In this document: positions 50,461 to 64,000 of the stretch, piece after piece
Layout of the letters: each line of letters starts with the position of its first letter
Position numbering within the stretch: the first letter of the stretch is position 1
Origin: Harriotta raleighana
Lineage: Eukaryota
DNA: 64,000 nt
Direction of reading: 5' to 3'
Assembly (NCBI GenBank): GCA_050575255.1
Contig: JBNZDD010013726.1
Coordinates: forward strand, 9,206,618-9,270,617
Notes under the pieces: generated by a model
Database searches by the model: none
What the model was told of the DNA's origin: nothing
What the model saw: the letters and a program-made list of their open reading frames with translations, nothing else
Made by a program: the position numbers and the translations under genes

Positions 50461-52899
50461 ACTGGTCATAACACTAATATGTTCTAACTATGTACCTCTC
50501 CTGTAAAACAAAGGTATGGAATGTATCCTTAAATAACCTTTGGTGAAATGCTGTTCAAAACGGAATTCAGTTTTACAAAACTTGCGCTGCGATAAATATA
50601 CACTGGAAAAAGAACGTTGTTTAAGGAAACAGAGTGATAAAGTTACAACTGAGTTATCTTTCTATTGGAATTTACTTAACATTCAACTCGACCAGTAAAT
50701 AAAATCTGATTTATGTTGCCCTTGCCACCTTCTGAGAGTTAAATTTCACAATGTTGGTCTTGCTTACACTCTACTCTACTCTACTTGCAAAGATCTCACA
50801 GTCAATTATATCTATCTATAATTATCTCTGAAACTCTTACGTATTTAAAATACTGAAAGGGAAATTTAATTTGGATTTTGTGCACAATACTGTATTAGGT
50901 ATTATGGATGCATTAAACTATATCATGGAGTGAATTCTCTCCCACAACAATTTTCTTTTCTCGTGACTGAGTAGTTGAGTCTAGTAGACTATTAACTAAG
51001 CACTTAAAATTGTAGAAAAGCAAGTTCGGCATTTAGAAAGACACAAGTGAAGGACAACAAAGTAATTTATTTCAAACATTTCTCCTTTGCTCAATTTGCC
51101 TGGATTTAAAAATGAGCTGCTGCAGATTGGGCTGATAAGTTTTTTTTCGAACTAGCAAAAGAAAATGTTTCATGTGAATGCACCTGTCTTTTGCTAAGTG
51201 CATTACATTAAAACAAACATTAAAGCAAGCCTGGAAATTCAAAATGATCTTAAAATAATATAATCATCTCAATTCCCCTTTGTGTTTGTTATAATTTAAG
51301 GAGTTAGTTGTACAAGATCCTAGAAATAATTTATCCAGTCTTGTTAAATTACAAATTCATACGATATGTTGAAGTGTTTCTTCTTTCCAATTTGGTGTCT
51401 GAACTTCTCATCAAAGTGTTGTTTAAAATAAGATGGTGATAAATGTGTAATTACGGCAAGGAAATAATAAGAGTTTATTTTAAAAAGTCTGTCTCAAATC
51501 CTTTGGGTTGAATTGCGAATTAATTTAGTAGTGTAAACTCTTTGACATTTTTCTCCCATCAATCTCCAAGGGAAGGCACTCTAGCAAATCTGATACCTGC
51601 TGAACTGAGATTGATTGCCCAAGCATTAAAAGCAATTTCTTGACATCTTACAGGAACCATTTTCAGAATTTGAACATTTATGAAAAAATTTCTACCCAAA
51701 CTATAGTAATACCTATATACAGTACATCTTAGCATTTGATCTGAAGAAATTGAATAAATAAGCACTTTCTATATTTTGCCTTCAACACATAAACCCAATG
51801 CACTCTTTTCTCCCTCCTTCACATTGACAGATCCTATGATTGACAGCAGATTCTCAGTCATACATTACTCAGTCTTGTCACACGGAAACTGGGGGAAAAA
51901 AAAACTTTGCCCCATCTGTCCATCTTAAATGAGAAAACAGTACCTATGTTTTGCATGAGGTATGAATCAATTTTCCTCCAATGATTCTCCTATAAAATGG
52001 ATATTTTGTTTAAATGGATTGTACAGTTCACAATAAAATAGGCATCAGTCCTCCATGATGCTTCCATGGATATTTACACTGTGGGTAATGTTTGATTTGG
52101 TGCATTTATTTTCGTACAACTTGACACTGTTATAGCAGAAGTTCATTGGCTTCTCATTAGAGGCTGTCTATTAAGGGTGTCTTCAGTGTACGCATAACTC
52201 AATGCTCCAGATGGTTCTTAAGCCTTGCATTTGACATAATGCCTCAAAGCGCTTCACAGGATTTTCCTGTATAATGACTGGAGGTGAATGCAAAATGGAT
52301 TGCTGCCAACATTAAAAGGGCATTTGCCAGAAAATGTCTAATTAGTGAAAAATACATACCTTACAATGAGACACAAAGCTCCTTCATCAATGCACACTCA
52401 CATCAAAGCGAAACCTAGTTTGATTCCATGCTTTTGCAGATTTGGAAACCTACTTTTAAATCCATATCAACAAAACATTTTATCACAATTTTGTAGAAAT
52501 CTATGATTACATTCTCAGGGTTATGGGGCCGGAAAAGAGATTTTCTGTTTGTACAGCTTTTAAAAACTTTCAAAGTTATATTTTTGTCCAAAATTATGTG
52601 GATTGTGTGAAATAAGCCAAGGGTGATGCAACAGTTCTTACAATATGACAGTTTTTAAACTGCAACTCTTCATTAAGCTATTTTCAAATAGATGTGAGAG
52701 CAAACTAAATTCATCCTGATTTTATTTGGTCATGTTTTACCTGAATCTCTTCACCCGTAAATAACAAGATGGCCTTTATTGATTCCATCCATTCTTACGT
52801 AAAACAAGGGCTCTTCAAACTCAAAAGATCTAAAAGAACCATAAAGGCATTTACGATACTTTAGTGATACAGTGTAAAGAAATTAAACGTGAAACGATG

Positions 52900-53125
52900 A
52901 ATTCAGATACATCAAAGCAGAACAAAGGGGCACAAGTTTAAGATTGTGAAGAGGAAGTTTAAGCCTGATTCAGGATACATTTCTTTTTACAAAGGGTAAC
53001 TGATTGCTGTAAAAGGTTGCTGGATAGGGTGGTTGATCAAAGAACACTGGTCTCATTTAAAAAAACACAATCAGAAGACAGAAGAGCTGGTATTCTGGAA
53101 GTAAGAGATCAAATGGGCAATTAAA
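52900..53125 (+). mobile_element. CR1 3' end remnant
   Basis: AGAACAAAGGGGCACAAGTTTAAGATTGTGAAG (RT.GHKFKIVK) ... TTTTTACAAAGGGTAACTGATTGCTG. Confidence 0.7.
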
Positions 53126-55224
53126 GAGTAAGAATAATAGATAGTGTGTTTAACAATATAAGTGTTTTTTTGTCTAAAACATGGAACTAAATGATCTTAC
53201 TGGTGCCATGACCTAAATGTGAAAAAAAATAATTTGAGACCTTCCAAGTGACATTTTGTCACATCTGCAATTCCCAATGACACGAAGATATAAAAACAAA
53301 TTAATTATTTTAGTTTCAAGAAATGTATTCTAACATTGGCTGAATAATAATACAAAATGACGAACAGTAAAATTGCCAGTTTGATCTACTCACGAGAAAG
53401 ACTTCTATCACTCAAGAAATATTAAGTGCTTCTCACAACTAAATTATAGTAAGCTGGATATTTCATCATTCCATATTTTATCTACTGAATGCATCAGGAA
53501 TTTCTGAACTCTAAAATAATCACAATGTGACATTTCAGTAATAATACATTCAGGCAGAGTTGATCAAATTTGCTACGAGCCCAATTGCTCAAGTGTTCTT
53601 CGATAAGAATATTAAAAATGTTCATAGAATGTGATTGGTCTGGGTGAAGAACATACATTGTAATAGGCTTTGAATTTTTAAACAATTACCCTTGGGAGTT
53701 GATCTGGGAAGAATTTCACTAAGTTTCTTTTAAGGAGATTTTACTGCAGTCATAAGTTAAGGACTGTTAATGGTAGTATAATTGTGGGGCACGTGTTCAT
53801 TTTCTATACGACATTTTCTAGTCTACTTGCATGCTTTTTAATTTAATGTTTTTAAAAAAAAACTGGTTAACTACATAACAGGTTTAACTGATACGAGTTC
53901 TCTTATTTATTATATTGTATGTTATTAATTAACAAATCCCTCTTCCTATTGAACATGCATTTATGTAGGGCTCCTTACTAATTAAATATAGGCCAATTCT
54001 TGGCTGTTTGAATATCATCCCTCTTGTAGTTTACCACAGCATTTACGCGGCCAGAAGCAAAGTGATTTTGCTCCCAGCAACGTGGAAATGTGGAGTGGGA
54101 AGTGATCTTTATATAATATCTGCAGCATTTGCTTTCAAATTTGAACAGGAATAAAAACACATATATTTTGTCAGTGATTCGCATATATTTTTTTCATGAT
54201 TTAATATAGCTCTTGAAAGTTCCTGAAGACTTTGAACGGACTTCAGACAGCAAGCCCAAGGTAATTCTTATCTGCGTGTATATAAAGTGTAAATAATATA
54301 CTGTAAGTGGTTACATTATTGAAACTACTGTACCTCCCTTCTCCAGCTGATGTGAGGAACATGTCTTCAGTATGACCTTGCACTGTCCAACAATGTTTAC
54401 ATTGCATGCTTCAGTTGACAAATTCCTAATAAAATCTTCGCAATTCAACACCAAATATAGCATATAAACACAAAATTAGATCGTGTGCCGATACTATTGG
54501 GAGATTGAGTAGGATTTTGACATTCTCTGAAGCATTGATGCAATCTTCGAGGAGAATTAACGCAAGCCTTTTTCAGATTCAAAAATTCCAATCATCCCAG
54601 TCATAAACATTGCCAGAAAATGAGATCGACACAGAATAAGATCTTAGGCTTTCAGGTAATGAATGACTTTTTTAATAAGTAACAAACAATACTAAGAGTA
54701 TGACTCTATTCGTTGTTCAATGGATACTTTTGTGCAGTGATTGGACAGATTGGGGACAGATTGAGTCACAGGAAATTGGTATGCACATTTACAATTGGTC
54801 CACGGCTGTTCTTTTTGTATAAAAAGTTTTTCTGTATCAACTGATNTACTTTTGTGCAGTGATTGGACAGATTGGGGACAGATTGAGTCACAGGAATATG
54901 GTATGCACATTTGCAATTGGTCCACGGCTGTTTTTTTTGTATAAAAAGTTTTTCTGTATCAACTGATAAATCAGGATGTTGAAACTGAAATAGGCCTTCA
55001 GCAAACACAGCAACAGAGATTGTCACCTACCGTAAACAGCAAGGCTCCGGTTAATGACCCCAAGACTTAGTCTCACAGAGGAAATTTACATCCTAAATTA
55101 AATACTCATTACTTACATCCAGGAGCTGAAGACGCACATTGTTTATTTGGTTTGTGTATTACATTAATGGTTTCAAACATGAATCTTTAATTCCAACTTG
55201 AATTTTTTTTAAACTCAATCAGAA

Positions 55225-55352
55225 CTGGAAACGTGATGCATACAATAGAAGGTTATGGGAGAGTGAATTAGGGGAGGTGGAGGGCTTGTTGTGGAAATTA
55301 AACACCGGCAACGACTAGTCGGGCCAATAGCCTATTTCTGTGCTGTAATATT
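55225..55352 (+). mobile_element. CR1-type 3' tail
   Basis: TGTGGAAATTAAACACCGGCAACGACTAGTCGGGCCAATAGCCTATTTCTGTGCTGTAA, matching the tail at 10930-11000. Confidence 0.72.
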
Positions 55353-56613
55353 CGACAGTTTCCAAAATGATCCTTTCCTTTATGTGGAACTTGAGCCGAT
55401 CTGTCAAAGAACTCATAAAGAAGGGGAATCCATTTATGTATACATTTCAGTCCAGTGCAAGTCCCTTATGAATTTAATCCAATAAAGTATTTGGTCCATC
55501 ATCCTTATGCATGTTATAGTGTTTGAACTGAAGTAAGAAACCAACATGACAAAAGAGATCACATAATCAACAACTGAGCTGAATGAACTAGCAGTAGAAG
55601 CCCAGATTCCGTACATGGATCTTGGTGTCAGTCAGTAGACAGCAACAGTCCAATTCGTACCTGTAGAGAACTACATATTGCTTGATATTTAAAAGAAAGA
55701 TATGCAGATACTTGGTTTGTAGAGATATAATGCCGACAGGGCAAAAGCATGTGGCAATGGGATTAAAAGATTTGTCAAAATCTAAAACTGGAAATCTAAA
55801 TCAGTTGTTTATATTTTACGGGCGTAAATTTCTTTGCATAGGAGGGGAATATCTATTTCCAAAACATCCTACCACCTTAGCACACAGGCCAGAAAGCATA
55901 AATGTAACGTGTTTCTTGTAAATTGTAACAATCGTAATGAGATGTTGCCTCGCTCAAATTACATTATATTCAACAGAGTTACATTTCCATTAATAATTAC
56001 TTTGATATTCTCACACAGATATAATGGATCCTCCAGGCACTGTTGGAATTATGATTTAACAAATTAATATGAAACTCTGTACAGGAAACGTCATGCCTGA
56101 GGCATAACAACTAATTTTATTTCAGCATTTTTTAGGGTGGGGGCAACATATTACAGCATGCAATATCAATCATTGGCTGCCTTTGATTTGTTCATTTCGA
56201 AAACAGACATTTTGTATTTGGGGAAAATAGTGGGAATTAGTAAAATAGGAGCTGATGTCTTTGTGATAAACCGTTAGTTAATTGGGTACATGGGGCATGG
56301 TGATTAGGAGATTCAGATATACTTGATTCTTTCAAGCCATTCACATTCCCGTTGCTTTAGGGAATATTGTTAAGACCTGGAATGCATACAGTAAATCAAT
56401 TTACATAATTGTAGCATTCTGGTTAGTGCAGAGGAAAGTCTGCAAAAAAAATCACTGCTAAATCACAAGCCTTCCTCGCAGAAAGTTAACAACAATATAG
56501 CTTTAACAAGGCATTTTTCTTGCATTATTTTTAGCACTATATATACGGTGTATATATGTCGTGAACATGTTTAATATAACAAAGCAGGTGAAAGAGTGAT
56601 CAAGAAAACAGTG

Positions 56614-56648
56614 AAATTTGACAAATTTGACAAATTTGACAAATTTGA
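56614..56648. repeat. Tandem repeat (AAATTTGAC) x ~4
   Basis: Directly visible in the sequence. Confidence 0.9.
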
Positions 56649-56909
56649 GCTTCTACACAATTTTACCAAATTTTATTCAGCAATGAATTGAAAGGAAACG
56701 CGTCTTATATTATTGCTTTATACTGATATTTCATCATAGCATCAAACATATGCCTGCTTGCAATTCAGAGTGTTTCAATTGAAGTAAACTTAGCCTAGAC
56801 TGTTCTAGAGGTACTGTGAGATCAACTCTTTTCTGGATATCTCGAAATATGTATAAAAAGCCTGAACTGGTCGGTCTTGCTTTGAATTTCTCTTGACATT
56901 CCCCTCATC

Positions 56910-57208
56910 ATAAGAGCTAAAGCGCACTCTTAAGTTCTTAAGTTTCATCAGTGGAGTTCGCAAAATCTTGGGCAAGTTGCCTTATTGCACACCTGATAAT
57001 AATCCCTCAGGGAAAAAAATTAAAATAAAATTGGTCACTTCAATCCATGACTATTTGTGGGACATTGTTGTGTGCAATTGGCTGCCGCGTTTCGCCTACA
57101 ATTATACAGTCAATTCACTTCACAGTATATTCTGTGAAGCGCTTTGAGAAGTCTAGAAGATATGAAAAGCACTATATCAAATGCAAGGTTTATTAGTATT
57201 ATTATTAT
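56910..57208 (+). mobile_element. tRNA-SINE with a decayed head
   Basis: CTTGGGCAAGTTGCCTTA..GCAATTGGCTGCCGCGTTTCGCC..GCACTATATCAAATGCAAGG(TTA)n. Confidence 0.9.
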
Positions 57209-60200
57209 CATCAGACAAGTAATATAGCTACTAGCAACAATTGACTTATTGGGTTATGGAGGCTTTCAACCTGTATTAGAGGTGGGCTGATCAAATGTTT
57301 CATCAGCTGTACAATTGTTCAGTGTAAAAACACACAATTATAAACTTTTCTTGAGGAGAGTTACTGAAGAGCTGATTTCTCAAGTGGCGGTTATTTTTAC
57401 TGACTCATTGCCATGCAATAAATGATTGCTTAGGTATTTATTGCATCACAACAAAACTTCAGACTTAGTTTTAATTGGGTAGTAAATCATTTGCACTCGT
57501 GGACTAAAGACACTAATGTTGCCAATAAGTGGGGAAAGAAGATCCAAATAACTTTAGGCACACTGCAAATTCAGAATAGTTCTGTATAGTTTCCAATCCA
57601 AGTTAAAAAAAAAGCTGTATGTTCTATTGAAAGGGTTACGGAGTAAGTAGTTATCTGATTAATTTATCTCTTATGGAAAATGTGAACAATTTATGCCAAA
57701 AGTTCCAACACCCTGGAGATGTGTTAATTAGGTTTACCCATCGCCAACTATAATGTAGATTGCCTAATTGTCTACCGTTCAGATTTCTCCACTGTTATTT
57801 CACTATTTAACAAATACTGTAGTTGGTAACAAGGCAGATCTCTGATATCATAACATGCTTGACGTGCTTTGATTGATAGAAACTTAATACATACTCATTT
57901 TAAAATGTACCATTGGGCCCAAATAAGCTGCTTTAACAGTGGCATGGAGTACATGCTGTACAAAGAGTAAACTACTGGACTTGTTGTTTGACGTAAATGT
58001 TTTTACTAAATTATTTTAATCAGCACATCTAACTCCATCATAAAGGTTATACTGTATTAAACTTTTTGTTGAAAGGAAACAATTTCAAGCCTTCTGCTTA
58101 ATATACATCTGCATTTTCACTGTCATTAAAGTCATTTTGACAATCCCTTTTGTTAGTGACTCATGCGTAATGCGGTCACTGCTTGGGCTGAAAATTGCAA
58201 TTTTAATGCATGCCTTTTGTTAACAAAAACAACACAGTTTCAAATGATAATGATTAATTTCAGGTATGATTGCCACAATGATCTTAGAACAGCACTTTCT
58301 CCATGACAACTTTTTGAAATACTATTAATTTCAACATGTTTAAAAAAAACTCTCATATGTGGAACTTGATCAATTGCCTTCTGAAAATCCAAGCAAAATA
58401 CAGTAATACCTGCACCATAACCTCATCCATAAGTTTTCAACTGTTCCAGACATCCTAAACGATATTGAAAAATTCAGCCCTTCTACGAACAATATTTTCC
58501 TAGAGAAGCTTTGTGAAGGGTAAGCTAAAAACTAAGTTACGAGCAAAAAATTGAATTTGAAAAGTTAGAAATCAAGTTTAGAAACAGCAGATTGAGTTTG
58601 TGCAGTCATGGATTGAGTTAGTCAGTCCATTAAGTTAGTTTCACACACAAGGCAGAAATCAACTGCAATGTTATCGTCTCATTGAATATCATCCCACATA
58701 CCTCCAATATATTGAACTTAAACCTGAAGTTACTGTAGTTCTCAATTGCATCACGCAAATTAGCTGTCAGCCCGGAACTTCAAAACGTGAATTAAATCTC
58801 AGACCAATTAATGGTCAGCGGAATTACAGCAAATCAAAAATATATGGCAATGCAGTAGTTTTAAATTAACTTCAGAATTAACTGATCAAAATCTAAAAAT
58901 TTCCCACTTGACTCCCAATTATTTAATCATGAGTTAATATATTTCACTTAGAAAAACTCTGAAATAATTATCTGGCTAAAATAATGCCACTATCAAAATT
59001 GCACTTATACATGCTTAAATACCAAACAAAATCCTACAGGGATTACTGAAGATTATTCAGTAAATAAGGCTGAAGTTTATTCTTATAATTCCATTAATTA
59101 TTCCACAGGCAAGAAAGTGACTTATTCCGCAGGCAGTAGCTCCAACATTTGATCATTTCACAACAAACCTGGGAGTAAAAGTTACATTACTCGGTGTGAG
59201 ATTTATATCATTGAGCTGTTCTTTTTTTTTCCGCCAACACTGCTGCTGAAGGAATAGAAATAAAAAATTCTCACATCATTATGTTTAATATATGTCAATT
59301 GTTACACTGTGGTGTGTAGTTAATAGAAATGCAATTTATCTTAGGTCTTCTGGATTATAACATAGAAAAACAAACTTCCTTTGTTAATATACGATAATAT
59401 AACACTCTATTTGACACAAAAAGCTTTAAAATAAAGATACAGTACTGGAAGTAGTTTGCAGGATAATTCTACACTATGGTATGGAAACTATGAACATATT
59501 TCTCAAAACAACACACAAAACACTGTTATTTAGCTTCAGGGAGACCTAAGCCATTTCTTCCTCACTCTCTTGACAGCTATGCGAGCGATTTATAGTCCCA
59601 ATTCTAAACTAATAGCTTGCTGCACGCAATGCAAACAACAGCACACAGTCTACTTCTGTAAGTAAGCTGAACATGTGATTGTTTCCACCACACCCCCTTC
59701 CCCCTGTGTTTATATTAATTACTGAGCTAAAAGAATATCTCCATTTCTTGCAGTTTAGTCAAGTTGTATTTTGAATATAATATGAATACAGTATAACAAA
59801 ACTGCACTAAGCACATTTTGAAACCAGAGGGGATCATCTCTAGAGAGGCAAAGCAGCTCAGTTGGGTGTCGAATTTCTGTGATTGTAATAGAGATTGGGT
59901 AGTGAAATATTTTCTGTTCTCAAAATAGATATTAGGAGTATTTTCCGAACCCATCAAAGTCGTCCTTGGAATTAACTAAAAATATTTGACATCTGCAATC
60001 TTGTAAATGCAAAAATCCAAGCCTAATGTATGACCTTTTCTTCTACCGTTTACAGTTGAAAGGATGGAAATCCAGTTATTTTTCCTTTTACGTCCTAGAG
60101 AATAGTGAAGTTGAATATTAAGCAGCTGTCAGTCAAGTATCTGTGAAGCTCGCACAATTTATTTTCAATGCCTGCTGGCGTTCCAGTATGATTACAATGT

Positions 60201-61552
60201 GGCTAGGAGCAAGCAACCAAATCCATAGCTATTGTACTCCTATTCCATAGATCAAGGTTACGTACAAGGCTGAATGCCCAAATAAATGGTGACAGTTAGT
60301 GCTCAAGTGAAAGAAACTTGGAGGTAGTTTGGTGACTGTTAAAAACTAATGTAATGAGAGTACGATAAAAAATAATCATTGCACTAGACAGCATGAGTTT
60401 GTTTCAAGAAAATTCCCTTCTTGCACTAATGAGACACATTTTGAATCAGGCAGTACTCCAGTGGATTTGGAACATTTATTTATTATTGAAATCAGTTGTA
60501 GATTCAAAACAACAACAACAACAACATCATCACATTTGTACAGCACTTTCACAATTATTGAAAGCACTGAATTATATGGAACTGAGCCACAAAAACTAAG
60601 ATAGTATCAGCGTCAATCCACATTTGCTAACTTAGCTGATAGCACCTGGAATAATCAATGTTAAAAACTGGATTTGTGCCCTAGACTAGGGAAGAGAAAA
60701 TTGCACAGAATTTGTTTTCCTAAACAATATCAATGACTCCAGCTGAAAATGTGTTTGGCGGCTAGTTGTGATGCTTCCCAACACTGAATTACCTGCGGAC
60801 ATTCACAGATAAGGAACAGTCACTTGGATAAGGTACCTGCAAGATCCCTCCACGAATCATACCTCCAAGAAAGGAAGAGCGGAAAATTTGGAGACGCACA
60901 ACCATTTATTTTTTGAATGAGAACACACGCAGTTACTGGCAGATATTAAATTATTCAGGAAAAGCCTTTGCACTTGGGAATGTAAAATAGTGACAGAGGC
61001 ACCACCTAGCTTGAGGCTAGACAAGCCTCACCAGCAATGCTCCACCAGACATCAGGAGAAAAGGGACCTGAATGTTTTGAGGAGGTTAAAGAATCCTTTT
61101 TCTTTTTAAAAAAAACAAAAGCACATCATACAATGCAGCAGCATGTACAGCCATTACTCTCAACATTAGTCATGAACAGAGTCTTTTACTCACAAATCTG
61201 ATTAAACATCAAATCGATTAATAAAATGATTGTGCAGCACTCAGTAGAGAATATAAATAATAATAGCATTTGACATAAGCATATGACATTTGACATAAGC
61301 AGCACATTGAGATGAGTCAAACTGGGCAAGCAGATAGATGCATAATTCCAAAAGCTTTGCCTAGCCAGTTAAGGTAGTACTTTAGCTACACAGTCAATAT
61401 TCACAGAAATCACAGAGACTCATTCTCAATAGTGGTGATATTAAGTCAATAATACCAATTCAGAACTATGTTGAATTACCTTCAGACTTTGTTATGGTAA
61501 AGCTTGACTTATGTTTTGAATCCAGACACCAATATGGGCAATAAATCTGCTT

Positions 61553-61800
61553 ACCTTGGGCAAGTTTCCTTACTCCACACGCCTAATAATAATCCGTCCA
61601 AAAAAAGCCCTTAATAAATTGGTCATTTCTATCCACGACTGTTTGTGGGACGCTGCTGTGCGCAATTGGCTGACACGCTTCGCCCACAAATATACAGTCA
61701 ATTCACTTTTCAGTACATTCTGTGAAGCACTTTGAGAGGTCTAGAAGATGTGAAAAGCTCGATATCAAATGCAAGGATTATTATGATGAACATTATTATT
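61553..61800 (+). mobile_element. 5'-truncated tRNA-SINE
   Basis: CCTTGGGCAAGTTTCCTTACTCCACACGCC...GATATCAAATGCAAGGATTATTAT. Confidence 0.92.
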
Positions 61801-62219
61801 GTCACTAAAGCAACGTATCAGAAGAAATTCATTATAGGCAACAAAGTGTAATGATTCTCCATCCATAAGGCAGTTGTATTAAATAACGTCTTCAGTCTCT
61901 GCTCCTAATAATCTAACTATGAACCCACACTGATAGTTGCCACAGAATCCCTTTTTGTGTAGCCTGTTACTGTCTATTTGTTCCCAGTTACTATCTATTT
62001 ACTCTTGAAGGGTAATCAAACACAAAGATCTAATGGAAACTAATTTTAATAAATTGGAATTTAAAAAATCTTCAAACTGCGCTGTAATGCTAAATTATAC
62101 TGACAATACAAATATTATGCCAATTCTGCTTCTATCAACGTCTGCTGCAGTTTGTCAATATTAATTCAATTAACATGCTGACAGCATCAACATATGCATA
62201 ACAACGTATGACATGAATA

Positions 62220-63292
62220 CAGTAGAACCCCGTTTATCCGGCACCCATGGGACCTGGCCAGTGTCGGTTGAACAGATTTATTAAAAATATATATAGAATT
62301 TATTTTTCTAAATTAAAATAAATNTATCTAAATACACATTAAAAAAAGTTAGTTTGCTATTTGTTGCTAAACGTAAAGCTTGTCCTAGAATTACAGTAGA
62401 ATCCTGTTTATCCGGCACCCACGGGACCTAGCCAGTGACTGTTAAACTGTTTCTCTGGTGGAACGGATTTATATAAAAAATTAAATATAATTTTAAAAAA
62501 TTAAAATTATTTTAACACATACCATATTAATAATGGACTAAATAATAACAGAATATTCTATTAGTACATTATTATTTATACTGAACTTCGCGATTGCAGC
62601 ACTGATTCGAAGGGAGGTACAAATCGCGACTTTAAAAAGCAACGAGTTTAGACCTCACGCCCAGCACACACACAGACACACACACANNNNNNNNNNNNNN
62701 NNNNNNNNNNNNNNNNNNNNNNNNNNNNNNNNNNNNNNNNNNNNNNNNNNNNNNNNNNNNNNNNNNNNNNNNNNNNNNNNNNNNNNNNNNNNNNNNNNNN
62801 NNNNNNNNNNNNNNNNNNNCCCCGTCCCTTTTCTTTCTCACCCTCCCTCTTTCTCTCTCTCTGCATCAACCTGCCTGCCATTTCTCTCTCTCTCTCTCAC
62901 TCCATTATGCTTTCCCCTATCTCTCTCTCTCTCTCTCCCTTTCCTCCTCTCTCATTCCCCCCCCACTCTCTCTTTCTCTGTCTCTCCATCCCCCACCCCC
63001 ACTCCCTCTCTCTCTGTTTCCCCCACCCCACCCCACTGCTCCCTTCCTCCCTCTCTCTCTGGCCACTACCTGCAGCAGTATTTATTATGTATACAGTACT
63101 TAACTTCCCAACGACAGGCACATCTGAACGAGGTAAAAAACTGCGATTTTTAAAAGGACCCAGAACGAATTTAGACACAATATTAAACGCGTCTCCGGAT
63201 AACTTCCGGTTAATCGGATCGGGACTTTTTTTGAGATGGCGGTTGAACGGATTTTCCGATTATTCGAGTCATGGATAAACGGGGTTCTACTG
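62220..63292. mobile_element. Tigger/pogo-type non-autonomous element with perfect 20-bp TIRs (contains an assembly gap)
   Basis: TA|CAGTAGAACCCCGTTTATCC ... GGATAAACGGGGTTCTACTG|TA. A second left end starts at 62394. The interior has (CA)n and (TC)n tracts. Confidence 0.85.
62687..62819. other. Assembly gap (N run)
   Basis: Run of n between CA and TC microsatellites. Confidence 0.99.
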
Positions 63293-64000
63293 TAATAATT
63301 TTAACCCTAACTCGTGGAAAATTCAAGGAGAGTTGTTTGAGCCCAAATAAAACAGTGATACGAATCACCTGAACTATTCTCTCAAACTTTAAAGTTGCAG
63401 GTATATGGACAGAATGCTCTGCAGTCCATACAATTGTAGTTGCCCGCTGAAATGAAGAATATCCTTGGACCTGTTGCCTTTGACAATACTATAGTATAAT
63501 CCAACATTTAAGCAAATTTTGTACATCCTTAAAGTTCCCAAAGAAATTGACAGAAATTGATTGCCATCTCCCAATGCCAATCATTACCATGGGCAACAAG
63601 TAAAATCTATTGCTCAGAATAGCAAAATCATTCAATCACATAATCTGTAACTGCATTCGGATCTTCAATGTCTTTCCCCAATGAAAATTCAGCAATGCTC
63701 ACAGTTTAGTCCTAACATAGAGAATTGCATATTCTTAGGGAGTTACTGAAGGAACCGAAGAAAAAAATAAATCAATGTGTATCTGCAATTTTCAAACCTT
63801 CATTATCAAGACACAGTTTCCATTCCTGGGGAGTTTCAGTTGTTCTATTTAAAATCACCAGGATCATACAAGAAGTCCAAAGATCCATGTTCTTTACAAA
63901 CATGAGCTTAGTGACTTTCACTTTCTGAAGACACTGAATTCATGTCAGACATCATTCATGAAAATGAGATCCAGTAAACCTTATAAAGATAACTAACAAT

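Noticed and set aside
54725-54967. About 120-bp tandem duplication giving repeat-like ORFs
   Set aside because: Split by an n at 54846; assembly artefact, neither a repeat protein nor an array.
1-64000. CRISPR array, operon or other prokaryote-type system
   Set aside because: The sequence is vertebrate intronic DNA, with no regularly spaced repeat-spacer array and no long intact ORFs.

Overview
AT-rich, repeat-dense vertebrate genomic DNA. The SINE/LINE families point to a cartilaginous fish, most likely a holocephalan (chimaera); this is an inference, not a database match. The whole window lies inside one minus-strand gene, TCERG1L. Six GT-AG exons splice in frame: 35352-35261, 34257-34169, 19147-18993, 14422-14359, 12767-12632 and 834-745 (626 nt in total). 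They encode a WW domain and the first FF domain. Everything from 35353 to 64000 appears to be one large intron. The introns hold tRNA-headed SINEs with an L2-type tail, Deu-domain SINEs, L2 and CR1 LINE remnants, Tigger/pogo and hAT MITEs, a solo LTR with a 4-bp TSD nested in an L2, and an inverted Penelope-like terminus carrying decayed hammerhead-ribozyme cores. The most curious non-TE features are a CNE-like block at about 32.0-32.8 kb with a 28-bp motif repeated three times (+/-/+), and several fold-back or templated junctions at retroelement ends. Near-identical duplications beside single 'n' bases are assembly artefacts. None of the listed short ORFs is an independent gene, and I cannot support a claim of a novel protein-coding system here.
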